Shown here: positions 25,554 through 39,310 of the stretch, one piece after another
How positions within the stretch are numbered: the stretch's first letter is position 1
Layout of the letters: the number at the start of each line of letters is the position of its first letter
Assembly (NCBI GenBank): GCA_050084985.1
Contig: JBITNC010000001.1
Coordinates: 79,174,001-79,238,000, forward strand
Length of the DNA: 64,000 bases
Direction: 5' to 3'
Source: Nageia nagi
Lineage: Eukaryota; Plantae; Pinophyta
Made by a program: the position numbers and the translations under genes
Notes under the pieces: generated by a model
What the model was told of the DNA's origin: nothing
The model's database searches: none
Seen by the model: only the letters and a program-made list of their open reading frames with translations

Positions 25554-28500
25554 CTGAAAAATAACACAAAGTAAGTTCAAAAGATCACGAAAGTTCATAT
25601 TGAATTCGTGAGGAAGATGCGAAATATAAGAGACATTACTATTTGTAAATAGCAGATGCAGTCTCCACAATAGCATCTCAAATAGAGAATCACAGATCAA
25701 TATCTAAAAACATAATGAAAAGCTAAGACAGGATGATAGTCCTAACAAGGAATGTCACACAACCACCATTCTGCACAATTAAATGTATAAGTGCCCGTTA
25801 CATAGATAGAATAGCTTCAACAATTGAGAATGAGCGTTTGAATGTTCCCAAGCCAGGTTACACAAGTCAATATATAGGCATTTCATCTCTACAATGCAAC
25901 ATATTCTTCTAATGTCTTGCAAAAATAAGCCCTGAGATGTTCACTCTATGACAAAGAGGAAGACGATGGTTGGCACCTAATTTTTGTGCGCTTGCATGCT
26001 AATCCTTTGGTATGATTGATGCTGTATTTTCTATGACTAGTGATTTCCTCTCTTAATAAGATGCCTTCCGAAAAGGGAATATATCAACTCCATCTTAACC
26101 TTGGAACAGAACGCTGCATTTAATCTCATCATACATTTGTGACTTACAACCTTCATAGGGGTATACTGAAACCAAGAGTAGCATACACATCTTTGGAGAT
26201 TGTCATGTGTCTGGGACAAAGAAAGACATGCAACAGAAGTCTCCCTGCTGGAGTAAAAGCTTCTTGCAGATAGAGCTAACACTTTGGCATCTACCAATAC
26301 CTTGTTCAATGGCTCTTTCTGAAAAACAAATCTCTGAAAATCTTGAAAGCCAAAAATGCAAACAAAATAAAAGTCCTAGAAAGCAAGTTTCTCACAACGC
26401 CCATTTCTCTCGCTAAGTCAAGTAAACGCCAAAGCTGTTCTTCAATGGTTAAAACACTCAAACAATGAAGAATCAAAAGAGAATGAATTTGTGACAAAGA
26501 TTTTAAATAAAGACAAGAATAAGATTTAAAGAAACAAATAAACACAGAAATTTGCATGCTGGGGAAGTAAGGAAGTATAATGAAGACGTATTAGACAGAA
26601 CAGCTCAATTTAGAAGAAAACCTTTGACATACTAGTTGATTGCCATGAAAGTGCATTTCAAATTTGAAAGTCTAGCAGAGAAAGTTGTTACAAATTTTGG
26701 GCTGAACACATAAACTCCAAAGAGATTCCACCAGCCTTTTGCATCTTCACTGCCCAAGAAATCTTTTTTGGTTTTGTTTCCTTGACTATGTTCTTATTAT
26801 AGATATAACATATCAGATAAAATTTCCTTTTTTAATATTTTTTACACATTGGGTAATATGTATGTATACACACACATAAGCTTGTAAATATCTTCTAAAC
26901 ATTCCTCACAAACTTCAATAGTAAAGTGTGTCTGCAGGGTGTACTTTTAAGAAGCTTTGTTCTGCCTCTCTCAACAATTGGGGTTTTCGCAAAACATTAT
27001 GAACTTGACAGCATAGGAATTCTTTTCAGGCAAGCTTCCTGTTTCTGCCAACTTTTAATTGGCTTTTTATGCCCTTCTAAAATTAAATAGATGAATTTGG
27101 CGTTTTGGATGTTGATTTTAAATTATGGTTATTTTAAGGGTTTTGCCATAATTAAGTATTGAGTATTCCTGTAAATAAGATATGTAAGGTGGGAGTCTTT
27201 ATTTAACGAATTCAAGAGACTTTAATTTCTTTTCAGGGAATCCCAGGAATCATTGTAGCCACAAAGGCTTTATAAAGGGACGAAGACTTCAGGTATATTA
27301 CCACAAAAAAAACATTTATTATACAAGACCTGTAGCCTTTGATAATACCCAAACATCTAAAGCCTCTTTTGTTTATTTAATACTTTGTGTCATTAAAAGC
27401 AGGTAGCAGCTAGTCATTTAAACCTGACAATTTTGTAAAGACCTAAGCAAAAGACTACAAAAAACAACAAACAGAAATTTTCTAGCGAAGGATTACTTTA
27501 CATGTTTTGTATTATCTTAATGGAACTTACATGCACAGAGATCCACAAAATTAAAAAAATAAAATCTGCAATAAATATTTCAAACTCACAAATACTTTCA
27601 ATGCCCAGAATAGTTATACCAATCTGCTCCACACACCCAAAGTAAGAATGACAGTCTGTTCCAATCTGCACATTGAGGGTTTCCATCCTCTGATCTGATG
27701 ATAAAATCTGATTTCAGACCACCTGACTAACGAAGGGCTCTTTCTTCAGTAATCTACAAGCTTTTGTACACAGCAGTTCATACCTGAGAATAAAATTAAT
27801 TGTTTTTGATATGCAAAAAGATGCTCTCCTTTTTTCCAACACCTTATACAAAACACCAACTAGAGATCCACTATGGTACATGCATTCTAGGATTTGTCAC
27901 CTTCAATTCTACTTACAATCGAAGGCATATTTCAAAAATTTTGTTGCAGTTCACTATGTTTACTAACCTAGGATACTCCAACTGACAGATTGATCATTAA
28001 TTCGCCCAGAATTTGCTCCTTCACTTTGTGGGAGTTAATTGAGACACCACTTAATCAACTAACCACCAAATGAGACTCAGTTAACTCACTCATTAAGTCC
28101 CCTTTCGACTTTAATACTTCCAAATGTGTTATAAATTACAACAAACACTTACTAATTCAGGAATTTAAGTAACAAAAGTATATAATTACTACTACACTGG
28201 CCAGCCACACATATTGTGGTCTAACACTAGCTGAGTGAACTCCATGTGTAGCTGATATCAATAGGGGGACACTACAAATCCTCCCTCTCAAAATTTGCTT
28301 GCCCTCAACAAAGACAAAGCTGAGTGATGATATATCTGAGTCGACTCTCAAGTGGCAGCCTTTCCCATAGATTTCTACTACTCTTACCATGTTTAGTTTA
28401 ATTTTTTTGCAAGATGTCTATATTTTGCAAAAGCTGCAGATTTTTCAGCATTCTAATTGAATTGTGGAAGTATTCTCATCAGTTTGTTCATGTCGCTTAG

Positions 28501-31500
28501 ATATAAGCCAAGTCTTACATTATTTTCCTAAATCTTCAACATTGCATGTCTTACAGACTTGAACACATTTGTCACTATACAAGACTAGGATTAGGGTTGG
28601 AATCAGAAAACCTCCAGGTGATTTGTTATGCCTCAAGAATCTTTCGTTGTCTTTAAAGTGTTTTGCCCTTGAATAGCAACTGTATAATATATTACCTGTG
28701 GCTATTTGAGCATGAATCTCAAGCAGATCTTTTTCTGGTATTACACGTCAATCAAAGTGACATGCAAGTCTATTTTCAAACACTGTAAAGTCATCCTTGC
28801 CAAAGGGGTGCTAAACACATTGCTTGCTCATTGATTTCCTGTAACTTTCTCTGAAATAACATTCAAAACTGCACCCTGTGGATCACTGGAAAGTAAAACA
28901 TTCTTCCTATCCTGCTCAGTTGTCCATTGTTGATTACTGCTTTTCCATTGCTCATCATTCAGTGGCCATTTAGTTTGCATGCATGAATTAAAAACCTTGT
29001 TTCTATCACCATCCAATATTAGCCATCTGATTCTTCATAATTTTCCATGACCTTGTATGTTCCTACTAAATAGTTCAGCATTGGACATCTTAGTCTCATC
29101 ACTCGGAGATGCTTCAACCCTGAGGTATCAACAAGGACTTCCCGAATTATACCTGTATTTTCTGTTTTTTTCAGGTTCATTGTGTTCCATTGGCTCCAAA
29201 TATTCCTACATATCAATCTGAGGTAGCTCAACCTCTTGCTTTGATTCTTATGTACTGTGTTAGTTTGTTGCACAGCTTCTATTTTGATTACTTAACCATC
29301 CTATAGTTCCTCCTCATACATTGAACTCAAGGAGAAATAGGTGTTTAGCTTCTTAATCGATTGAAAGAAGGTACAATACGCTTCCCTAACCTTTATTGTA
29401 TGTCTCAATGGGGCTGGTTTTGGATATTACTTCATTTGGTCTATCACTTGGGTCTGGATTTTGTTGTGCTTGCATAACATACCCCAAATTAAAAGATTTT
29501 GGGGACCCTATTTTTGCAAAGGCAATGAAATATACTGCCTGGGAATGACTAGACTACGGCTGATATGAAGATTCAATGTGGCCAGATGATGAATACAGTT
29601 CAATGTATCCAGTAGACAGTTCAAGGCTCGGTCTCAAGCGACATCTCATAGGATGGAGTTTTGGGACACAATAGCGACCGGAAAGTGGAGCTTTTCAAAA
29701 GACGAAGATATGGGTATTACGGAAAATGGTGAATATGGACCCGAAATGCAAAAGCTATTCCCTAGGGCACATTTTGAGGGTTTTGGTGATATCAAAGCCC
29801 AGGTTTTGACACTTAGCTCCCAAGCATGGCAAATGTTGAAAATTTTGAAGAGTCCAAATGGAATTTTGAAGAACTAGAAGCATGAACAAGGTCATTCTAA
29901 GACACTTTAGGTCTAGCAAAAGTGCGTTTTGGTTGATTTTGAGCATCCCTAGTCCTAGGCACATTTCACAAGGCATTGATGATCCAAAGGAGTGGAAAAT
30001 TGTGCCTACTTTAAAGAGATAAATGCAAATGGTGTTGAAAATCAAGTATAAGAGCATCATTGGAAAGATAAGGTGAATTCCAACATAATTAGGATTTGAA
30101 ATGTTCGATTTTGAGCAAGTTTTGAGCCCTTCAATCCTAGGCACATGTTTTCATGCCAATGGAAATCCAATGAGGTGTATTCTGGCACCTAACTACCAAG
30201 GAGGAAAGTTGATTTGTCTCGAAAATCAAGGGAGATGATTTGTTTGCATGAAAAAACCCATTTCAAGGCACTTTAAATCAACAAATTTTCAATTTTGACC
30301 AATGGAAGTGCCCCAAATTTCTAGGCACTAGTTTGCAAGTCTATGGAATGTTTTCAAGCTCTAAAATCTTATTTGGCATAAAAAAATGCACTTTTTAGGG
30401 CAAATTGGCACTAAGGAGCATGCAAAAGGCACAAAAACTTTATAAATACAAGCTTAGGCCTCTCATTTGCTCCACAACACTTTCCTTGATCATCCATTTT
30501 TTAGCAAAATCCTTACAAAATCCCTCAAACATGCTCAAAACTTGATTCCAAGCTCCAAATTTGCTCAAATCACTTGGAAACATCATACAAACACCTTAGA
30601 TATTCATCCATGGTGGTGCTGGTTCAATTTGAGCCATTTTTAGACCTGTCAAAAACAGGCAAAATCAGCCACAAAAGCTTTTTCAAGGTTCCAAAATTCC
30701 CAAATTGTGGATGATCCAGAGTTCGAAGTAAATACCAAAGTGATAGACCTTGCATAGGAGAGCAATCTCCATCATTCACTTCCCCCAAACGAAGCTTGTT
30801 GATCCACATTGCATCCCCATCTTTCCAATCTGTCCAAAAACCTATCAAAAATAAATACATGGGCTAAAAAACCAGTGAGTTACTTCGAACATCGAAAACT
30901 CAATATCTTTCTCTGAGACTTGAACAAAAGCCTCCTAAATTTATTTGCCAACACCCCATGTACTTGTTTCCCCATTCCGACAACTTCCAAAAATCTCTGA
31001 AAATCCACACAACCTTCAAAAAACCCAAAAAAAAGGCCAAAAATAGACTAACTCCTTTTTGCTCCAAAATTGCTCCAAGTATACCTAGTATCATTCCTAA
31101 CACCTTTTTGTGCTCCACAAGCATTATATAATGAGCATTGCTAAGAGGAACAAAGAGCTCCAAATGGTAAGGATAATGAAGGATAGCCTAATCACCATTG
31201 AATAACAGGGTAAGACTCCTTCCCCTACAGCCGTGCTTGTCAATGGCCTCGGTCAGATCAAAGATACAGATTGGGCTCATACTGACCCAATCAAGACATT
31301 AGAAAAGATGGCCAAAATCCCACCTGAACAACTAGTCAACGAACTCTCACTCAAGCCAGAATCATTGAGGCCTCCATGATCCCATATACTGCTCCATTTC
31401 CAAAATTGTGCCTTGAGATAGCCAGATATTGCAACATAAAAGAGACATTGAAGGCACCGAGATATTAGACTTTACAATGGAGGGGATAGAGAAAGCATTT

Positions 31501-33267
31501 GCATGAAGCAACAAGGGCATCATCTTTACCATGATAGACTCCGTCAAATTCTTCAATAGCATGATTAAGCTTGGAAATCTTATTAGAGACTGGTTGGTCA
31601 ACGATTGCAAAGATTTTAAGGCAAAGGCCTTAAGCCAACCAACGAGAACGGACTTCTATCCCACAGTCTCTACCATCATCAGCATGCTATGCCGGATAAC
31701 AAGACAAGAGATTGATCAAAGATTCTGGAAAGAGTTTGTCAGCTTCATCCATCAGATCAACAGAGGAAAGGGAATTAGATGGAGCAAGGTGATCAACGAT
31801 TGCATGGCCAATCAGTTATCCAAGCTTATGGAGACCAAGAGATTTTACGTGAGCTCTTATTTTGTATTTCTACTCCTACATGGCAAGAACATAAAATCAG
31901 CCATAGCAGATACCAAATACTTACATGATCCAGAGATGAACGTATGGTAGAGCTACCCCAAATTCTAGGCAGAAAACAAATGGGACGAATTCAAAATGAT
32001 GAATGATGGATTCGAGTGTCAAATATACAAAGAAATAAAGGGGACTACTAACATGACCAGAATTTCACAAGCAACAATCCAAACTCTTCAAGAACATGCA
32101 AATTTTTATCTTGAAGAGACAGATGCTACATACATCAAGGTATATGGGTCAATTGAAACACCTTACAAACTTCCTTGTTAAGTAAGTGATCGATTTATCT
32201 TGATGGAATTTTGTAGACTCTTGTCGCACCTCCATGAGAAAGTATGGTGTAAGACAAGTGCCACCACTTGCAAACTACCTATCAGCTTAGGAAAGTACCA
32301 ATGCACTTCTTGGCATCAAGTCAAAATGATGAAAACGGAGTTGGCATACTACAACTTCACACTAGAGCAAGCAGTGGAATACTATGACCCTGAAGGCATA
32401 ATCAATGCACTCTTTAAGAAGACCTAACAAATTGATTATCCCCACAAATCCCTAGGCAAGCCGAAAAGGTATAGAAATGTCAATGATACAAAGCAGATCA
32501 AAGCAATAAATAGGGACTTGGCAACCAATGAGAAGCTTTTGCAAACAAAAATAAAAAAAGAACAAGAGAGGTCTACAAGAAGAAAATGCTAAAGCCAGGA
32601 TACATCCAATGATCCTTAAGAAGAATCCCCATATTTAGTATATAGCTCCACCCATCTCACCTTCCTTAAGGTTGACACAAGGGCAATCCAGTCAATATGC
32701 TACTCTCATTGTTCAACCAAGACAAACTATTGACCAGATAGTGCAAGGATTATCATAGGAGATTAAAAGCACAAAAGAAACCAATGGCACTTCACACCCA
32801 TACAAACGCTTAAAGAAGCTGGCGGAAGTCGCCCCCAATGGTCCATTTCGAGATGAAAAATTATATCATTTTGTCCCTAGTTCTCCTACTTCTCCTCCTT
32901 CCTGTGACAGTGAAGATGAAAATTTTATTGATGAGGAGACCTCTTAAGATGGATTGATCAGGTACAAATACTTTATATCTCAGAGGACGGATCAGATTCA
33001 GTCGAGGAGATACTGGTCATAAATCATCCTATGATGGAAGTACCTATACAAGCAGCAAGACCTACTTCTACACGAGCTTCCACACCTCAACATCAAAAGA
33101 AGACACCGCAAACTCAGAGAAAACCTCCACCAATAGTTCCAAGAAGGAATCTAACATCTAAGGGAATAGCTTCCTCGTCAAGAGGGGATGGAGAAAACAA
33201 GGAGAATGAAGGTGAAAATGAAGATCAGAGAAAGAAAAGGAAGGAGATGGAACACCAACGGAATCCT

Positions 33268-35278
33268 TGTTAGAATTTGTAATGTAATATTGTGTAATAT
33301 TTCTTTTTCATGTAAATTGACTTAATGTTTAAAGCATTAAAGGAATAAAAATAGGAAGGGGATTAAATATAGAAATATCTTTAACCTTACCCTTGGATTA
33401 AAGGAAGGTTAAAGAGTGGGTTTCTTCTTATAAATAGAGAGGTACCCTCCCCTTTCATATTGTACAACTTGAAAGCAAGCTTTGCTATAGGTTTAGGGTT
33501 TGAAGAGAGAGATGAGATTTTGTAAAAGAGCTCCTTGAGAAAAAGATCTTAGTTAGTGGGTGTACTCCCGATGAGGGAAGAACCATTTTATATCTTGTGT
33601 TCATTGTGAGATTGGTTTAATATTTTGTCCTAAAGCATGTGGATTGATAATAGTTCTATTAAATATTTTCGCCTATGAATTTTTTGATGATAAATTACAA
33701 ATAATGAATTATTTGAAGTCCAAATTTTTAAGTAACAAAGGGGAGAATTCCTTAAAAAGGAAGTAAAGGTTGAATTCTTGTTGAATCTATTGTAACTACT
33801 TCCTTTTTAATAAAGTTGTTAAACATTTTTTTGGTTTGTATACTTTGTTTATACATTCCTTTGTTTGGTGACTATAAGTAATGGCTTGGCATCTTAATGA
33901 TGACTTATAATTCACCGCAAATCCAAGCATATTATATCAAGAAGAAAGTTCTTGATGGAACAACTCCAACTCTATTCATCTGACTTTGACTCTCGATTTA
34001 TTCACTAGATCGTTTTAGAAACTTTGTTGTGCATACTTTGCAAGTTTCTTATGGTTAATGAAGTTGTCATGAAGAAGGAGTGAAGGTTGAATTCCTGTGT
34101 TGAATTCATATTTGTAATGACAACTTCATCCCTGGGAAGATATTTTGTTGTATAGTGTTGATCTTAAATGTACACCTTCGCGATTAGTTCACTCTATGTG
34201 AGAAACTCATGGTACATTTTGGTTTTTGTTATCACTATGTGAGGAATCAGTATGTGTTTGTTAGCATTGTTTGGTTATCCATATGTGAGTAATTCATATG
34301 TACATATGCTCTTTTTATTGTTGATCAACACATGTTTTCTAATATACAACATATGACTATCAGTATTGGCTTGGCATCTTCGTGATGACTTATAGTGCAT
34401 CATTGATCAATTTATGGATGGTATTACTTAATTCATTTATCTTATGATTGATATAATTGTTTAATATGATGCATCTAACTGATCTTGTTTATGAGTTGCT
34501 TGTAACTTGCAGGTTTCATCTTGAGAATGCAGGTTACTTACTTCGGGTGGGCAGGCTCATATGTCAACTTAGTGTTGATCAACTACTCTTTACAATGAAT
34601 CCAGTCATGGTTAATGATTGTATTGTAAATCATTTTGTCAAATGGAGGAGAACTCTTGTAAACCATTTTGTCAAATGTAATGTGTCTCCAACTAAGATCT
34701 TGCTTATTTCTCAAATATGTAAAAGTTTTCATTTCCACTTGATCTCTATGGAGGAGAACTCTTTCTTACTCTCTCTTTCTTCTTTTCTTTACGCTCTATC
34801 CCAATATTACATTAAGAGGGAGTGTTAGAATTTGTAATGTAATATTATGTAATATTTCTCTTTAATGTAAATTCATTTGATGCTTAAAGTATCTTTAGAT
34901 ACCTTAAAGCATTAAGAGATTAACTATAAAAAGGGCATTAAATATAGAAATATTTTTAACGTTACCTTTGGGTTAAAGGGAGGTCAAAGAATGGGTTTCT
35001 TCTTATAAATAGAGAGGTACCCCCCCTTTCATATTGTACAACTTGGAAGCAAGCTTTGCTATAGGTTTAGGGTTTGGAGAGAGAGGTGAGATTCTATAAA
35101 AGAGGTCATTGAGAATAAGATCTTAGTTAGTGGATGTACTCCCAAGGAGAGAGGAACCACTTTATATCTTGTGTTCATTGTGAGATACGTTTATGTTATT
35201 GTGCTATTTGTGTTGATGTTGTGACTTCTTGAGATCTTGGTAGATTAGAAGTTAATTCAGAAAAAATTAATTTCTTCA
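33268..35278 (+). mobile_element. Internally deleted Copia-type LTR element
   Basis: TGTTAGAA starts at 33268 and 34823; 3' LTR 34823-35278 ends in CA; PPT AAGAGGGAG; TSD ATCCT. 5' LTR truncated at ~33620; internal part resembles the 3' UTR of the neighbouring Copia. Confidence 0.88.
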
Positions 35279-36797
35279 ATCCTGAGGGACAGGTGGCCAC
35301 AATTGCTAATCCTGAACCTGGTTATAATTTCGACATGAAGACGCTCTTAAACAATTTAAGAGCATATCACCCATCTGAAGCCCATACCAACATTAATACC
35401 AATCAAGATTCAGATACAAAACTTGAGCACATAGCCACCTACATTTCGATAAAGGATCATTTCTCGTCACGGATACAGTTGTTGCAAAGAGGAAAAGAAA
35501 TGCCAATGGGGACTTTGCTTTAGTGGTGAATACGAAAGAAGAGCCATGTACGAAGATTGGGTCTATGGGTAGACAACATGCAATAGTCACAAATTTTGTG
35601 GCACTAAGGAGATTACTACACAGAAGATAGAGGTCAAGGAGTCTAAGAGGGAATTGGCTAGATAAAAGTTGACCTTGGATATCCAAGCTCCTAACCTAAC
35701 AATTGAAGACATCAGAAAGCAGATTTCCTTGAACATTGGAATTCAAACGATCAAAGAAGAGTGGATAAGGGATACCAAAGAAGCCATCCAAGAGTTATTC
35801 CTGGGAATCACTACTTTTTTCACTGAAGAGAACGGATCGTTTGTCGTCCAAGGCAAGATCCATGAACTGATCACTAGGTGGGGCAATAGTTATCTAGTGA
35901 TGCATGACCTAAGAAGAAAGACTCTTAGCATGCCAATAATACTGGAGTATTGTCATCAATTCTTTTATCAATATGACTGGTTGTTCTATGATATCACAAA
36001 GTGTCAGGATTTCATCCAAATCCAAGCAAATTTCAAGAGGACATGAAGAGACAGCTAGCAGAATACTGTTGGAATGTATAATACATTATTGTAAAGGTTT
36101 TGTAATAATCTTCTATGTAAGTTCACTAATACTTATGGGTATCATTTGATATCTTAATTATTTAAGTGAATATGATAATGTAACTTGTCCTACACTCCAT
36201 GTCATGAGCATGCCCCTTGGGTAAAAGGATGTGCATGTCATGCTTTTGTACATTGGATAAAAGGGTGATCCAAAGAACGATTTTGGCCTATGAATAGAAG
36301 GCTCCCTCTTTTTGATTATACACCAATTTTGTGAAGTAAAGTTATGCTATAGGATAGTGTTTAAGAGAAAAGATTAAGAGAATTGTAAGAGTTCATATTG
36401 GTGAATGAAATGAGATCTAGTTAGTGGATGTACTCCTAGTTGGAGGAACCACTTACATCTTGTGTTATGCTGTGAGATTGCTTTATGAGTTCTTTAAGTG
36501 TGTTTGTGAGCTTTCATGTGATCTTGGGAGTTCAAAGTTGTTCATGTTATAATTCAATTCTCTCATTTGGTATCAAAGCTCCTTCGAGGCTCCTCTTCAC
36601 ATCCTTGGTTTGGAGACTCATCTTCAAATTGGAGGTCTTCATTCTTAAATCTACTCTTCATTGTGAGGTAAATTCAAAAGAAGGTATAACCTCCTCCATA
36701 TAATCCCCTTCATTTTTTATTTTTTGGCTAATGATACTAACATATTATGTTCTATGTGTTAGTTTATTTTCTTTTGAAGATAGCAAATTTGGTGAAA

Positions 36798-36824
36798 ATA
36801 GTAATATGATGCATTTTCTTTTGA

Positions 36825-36896
<72 letters not shown>

Positions 36897-36923
36897 TCAA
36901 AAGAAAATGCATCATATTACTAT
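36798..36923. repeat. Perfect palindrome: ~30-bp arms around a (TA)~34 microsatellite
   Basis: atagtaatatgatgcattttcttttgagga-(ta)n-tcctcaaaagaaaatgcatcatattactat. Confidence 0.9.
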
Positions 36924-38029
36924 ATACATACATATATGCTAACTTCTTGGGTTAATTGCAATTTTTTCTTGCTTACCTTTTTTTTTGAGAAGTTAGTATA
37001 CAATAAGTGCCATTTATATATATATATATATATAAACCATTTCTCTTCAATAATAAGAAAATTCCATTTTTTATACATAAAGTTTCTTTTCTTTTCTTAA
37101 AAAAAAAAAAGAAGAAAGGAACTATAAAAACATATATATTGTTATATTTTTGTTCAAACTATATATATAAAAAAAAAAAATCATAGATGAGAGGTCTAGT
37201 ACAATTTTTTTTTATGAAAATGTTCAAAATTTTGTACATCAGGCAGATTTTGTTTCATGTGGAAAGCCCCTGCAAGGACTACGATGGTCTAACCTCTCGG
37301 CGCCCCCCAACCCCACGCTGTGCTTTTGCTCCTGGGCTGTAGCTAACCTCATAGCCTCCCACTCCGCCCGCTGTCGCCTCGCCCTCTACCTCCCTCTCCT
37401 CCGCCCGACTACCCTTTCCTCGCCCGACTGTTTTTTAGCATAGAGGCTACGCGAATTGCCCACCCCCCCCCCCTCTCCGCCTTTGCTCTTAGCCCTTTTT
37501 TTTATTTTGTCTTCTAAAAACAAAAACCTCTTTGCTTCTCCTCTTGTGCAACCCCTATGACTTTTATCTCTCCTACCTTTTTTTGCCTTAAGTGTTGGTA
37601 GATGCATTTTTTTTTTTAAGGCATTTATTTTTTTGCTTTCTTGCAAGCAAGTTTTTTATCATGACTTGTCTCATGTGTGGAGTAAAATGCAAAAAGATGC
37701 ATTAATTTTTATGACAAAATTAAATGCACCTAGGAGAAGTGTGGACTTTAGATGCAATATTAAATGCAACTAAATGACTTATAAGTAATTATACTCCAAC
37801 TTAGAAATCATTAAATGCATTTGGATGCCTACAAGTCACTTAAAGTATTTTCATGATGAGTATACTTACATTACTTTTGACTTAGTCCAACATTCATAAT
37901 TACTATTAAATGCACTTACTCAAAATACTTTTAAGAATAAATTATTTAGTATGCTACTTTTAGGGATAAACCTTTTAAGTAAAAAAGGGGGGAATTTGTA
38001 TAAATTTTCTACTTAAATTTTTATCTAGT

Positions 38030-38460
38030 TTGCATACTAAATTTTTACTTTTAAGTTAAAAAGATGCATGCTTATGCTTAGTACTTAAATTTTTATTTTA
38101 AGATGCATGCTTATGCTTAGTACTAATTTTTTTACTTTAAGATGCATGCTTAGCACTAAAGTTTTTACTTTAAGATGCATGCTTATGCTTAGTACTTAAA
38201 TTTTAAGTTAAATGCATGCTTAATACTTATTTGTTAAGTTAATAAATGCATGCTTAGTACTTAATTTTTTAAGTCAATGATGCATGCTTAATACTTATTT
38301 GTTAAAGTTAATGTTGCACGCTTAGGACTTAAATTTTTAAGTTAATGTTGCATGCTTAGGACTTAATTCCTTAAGTTTAAAAGATACATGTTAAGTATTT
38401 ATCCTTTATGCAAAGTTAACTTATTTTTGGAATTAATACATGCTTATGCTTAAGTATTTA
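38030..38460 (+). repeat. Degenerate ~33-38-bp tandem repeat in the Copia 5' leader
   Basis: Recurring aagatgcatgctt(atgctt)agtacttaaatttt units. Confidence 0.8.
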
Positions 38461-39310
38461 TAATTTTTTTGCAAAGTTAACTTGTGCAAAATTAGGATTG
38501 ATATAAAAATGTCCTTTAGAGTTGGTAAACAAAACCCATTGGACATTTAGGTCTCAAATTTTTTGAATGGATGATGTTTTACTTATGCTTTTTTACTTCA
38601 TGTTTCGCTTTTTGATTTATTTTCTTATGCAAACAAAAACGCAAACATTGAAATGAGCAACCCCTTAAAATGAACACATCCGCACGTACATTCCGCAACA
38701 TGACTTGTTTAGGGAGCCATGAGGTGAGGACAGGTGGACTGGAGTCTTTAAATCCAACGATCCATATGGTGAAAAGTTTGTACTTCTCAATTGCCCCTAA
38801 ATTCTCTGTTGGTATGGACATAACTCCAATAGGTGGACAGGCATGTGTGTAGTGATACCACATGTCCGCACGTCCATTCAGGGATTATCCTGATAACTTA
38901 GGAGGACAATTTGAAACCTAATCAAGATTAATAATTTGGCCAATCCAATAAACATCATAACCTTGGAAAATAGTAGGTACTTCTCTTTGTGAGAGTATAA
39001 AACTAACCAAGGCGAACTGGTTGAGGATTGGTAGTACTTGGGCTCCTCTTGTGTGGGCATCCAAGTGAAGGCCTAATTTTAAACAAGAAAACAAACCTCA
39101 ACAATGTCACTCTACATCTACGGTTCTTGAGATGAGAAATGTATTTGGGCACATGGATTATTTGAGTTGTAAAACATTTGCACTTGTGAATCAAATCAAG
39201 CACGTCTTTAGTGTTAAATGTAACATGTATTATTTACTTGGTTAAAACTTAACATTTAATTTTGTTTATTAAACCACATGCTTATTATTTTTTACATTCT
39301 TATGTAGCAA

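Noticed and set aside
36731-36955. YIYIYI-containing ORFs on both strands (also at 54407-54803)
   Set aside because: These are translations of (TA)n microsatellites.
38030-38460. CRISPR-like repeat array
   Set aside because: Eukaryotic context; the units are degenerate tandem copies without unique spacers, and there are no cas genes.
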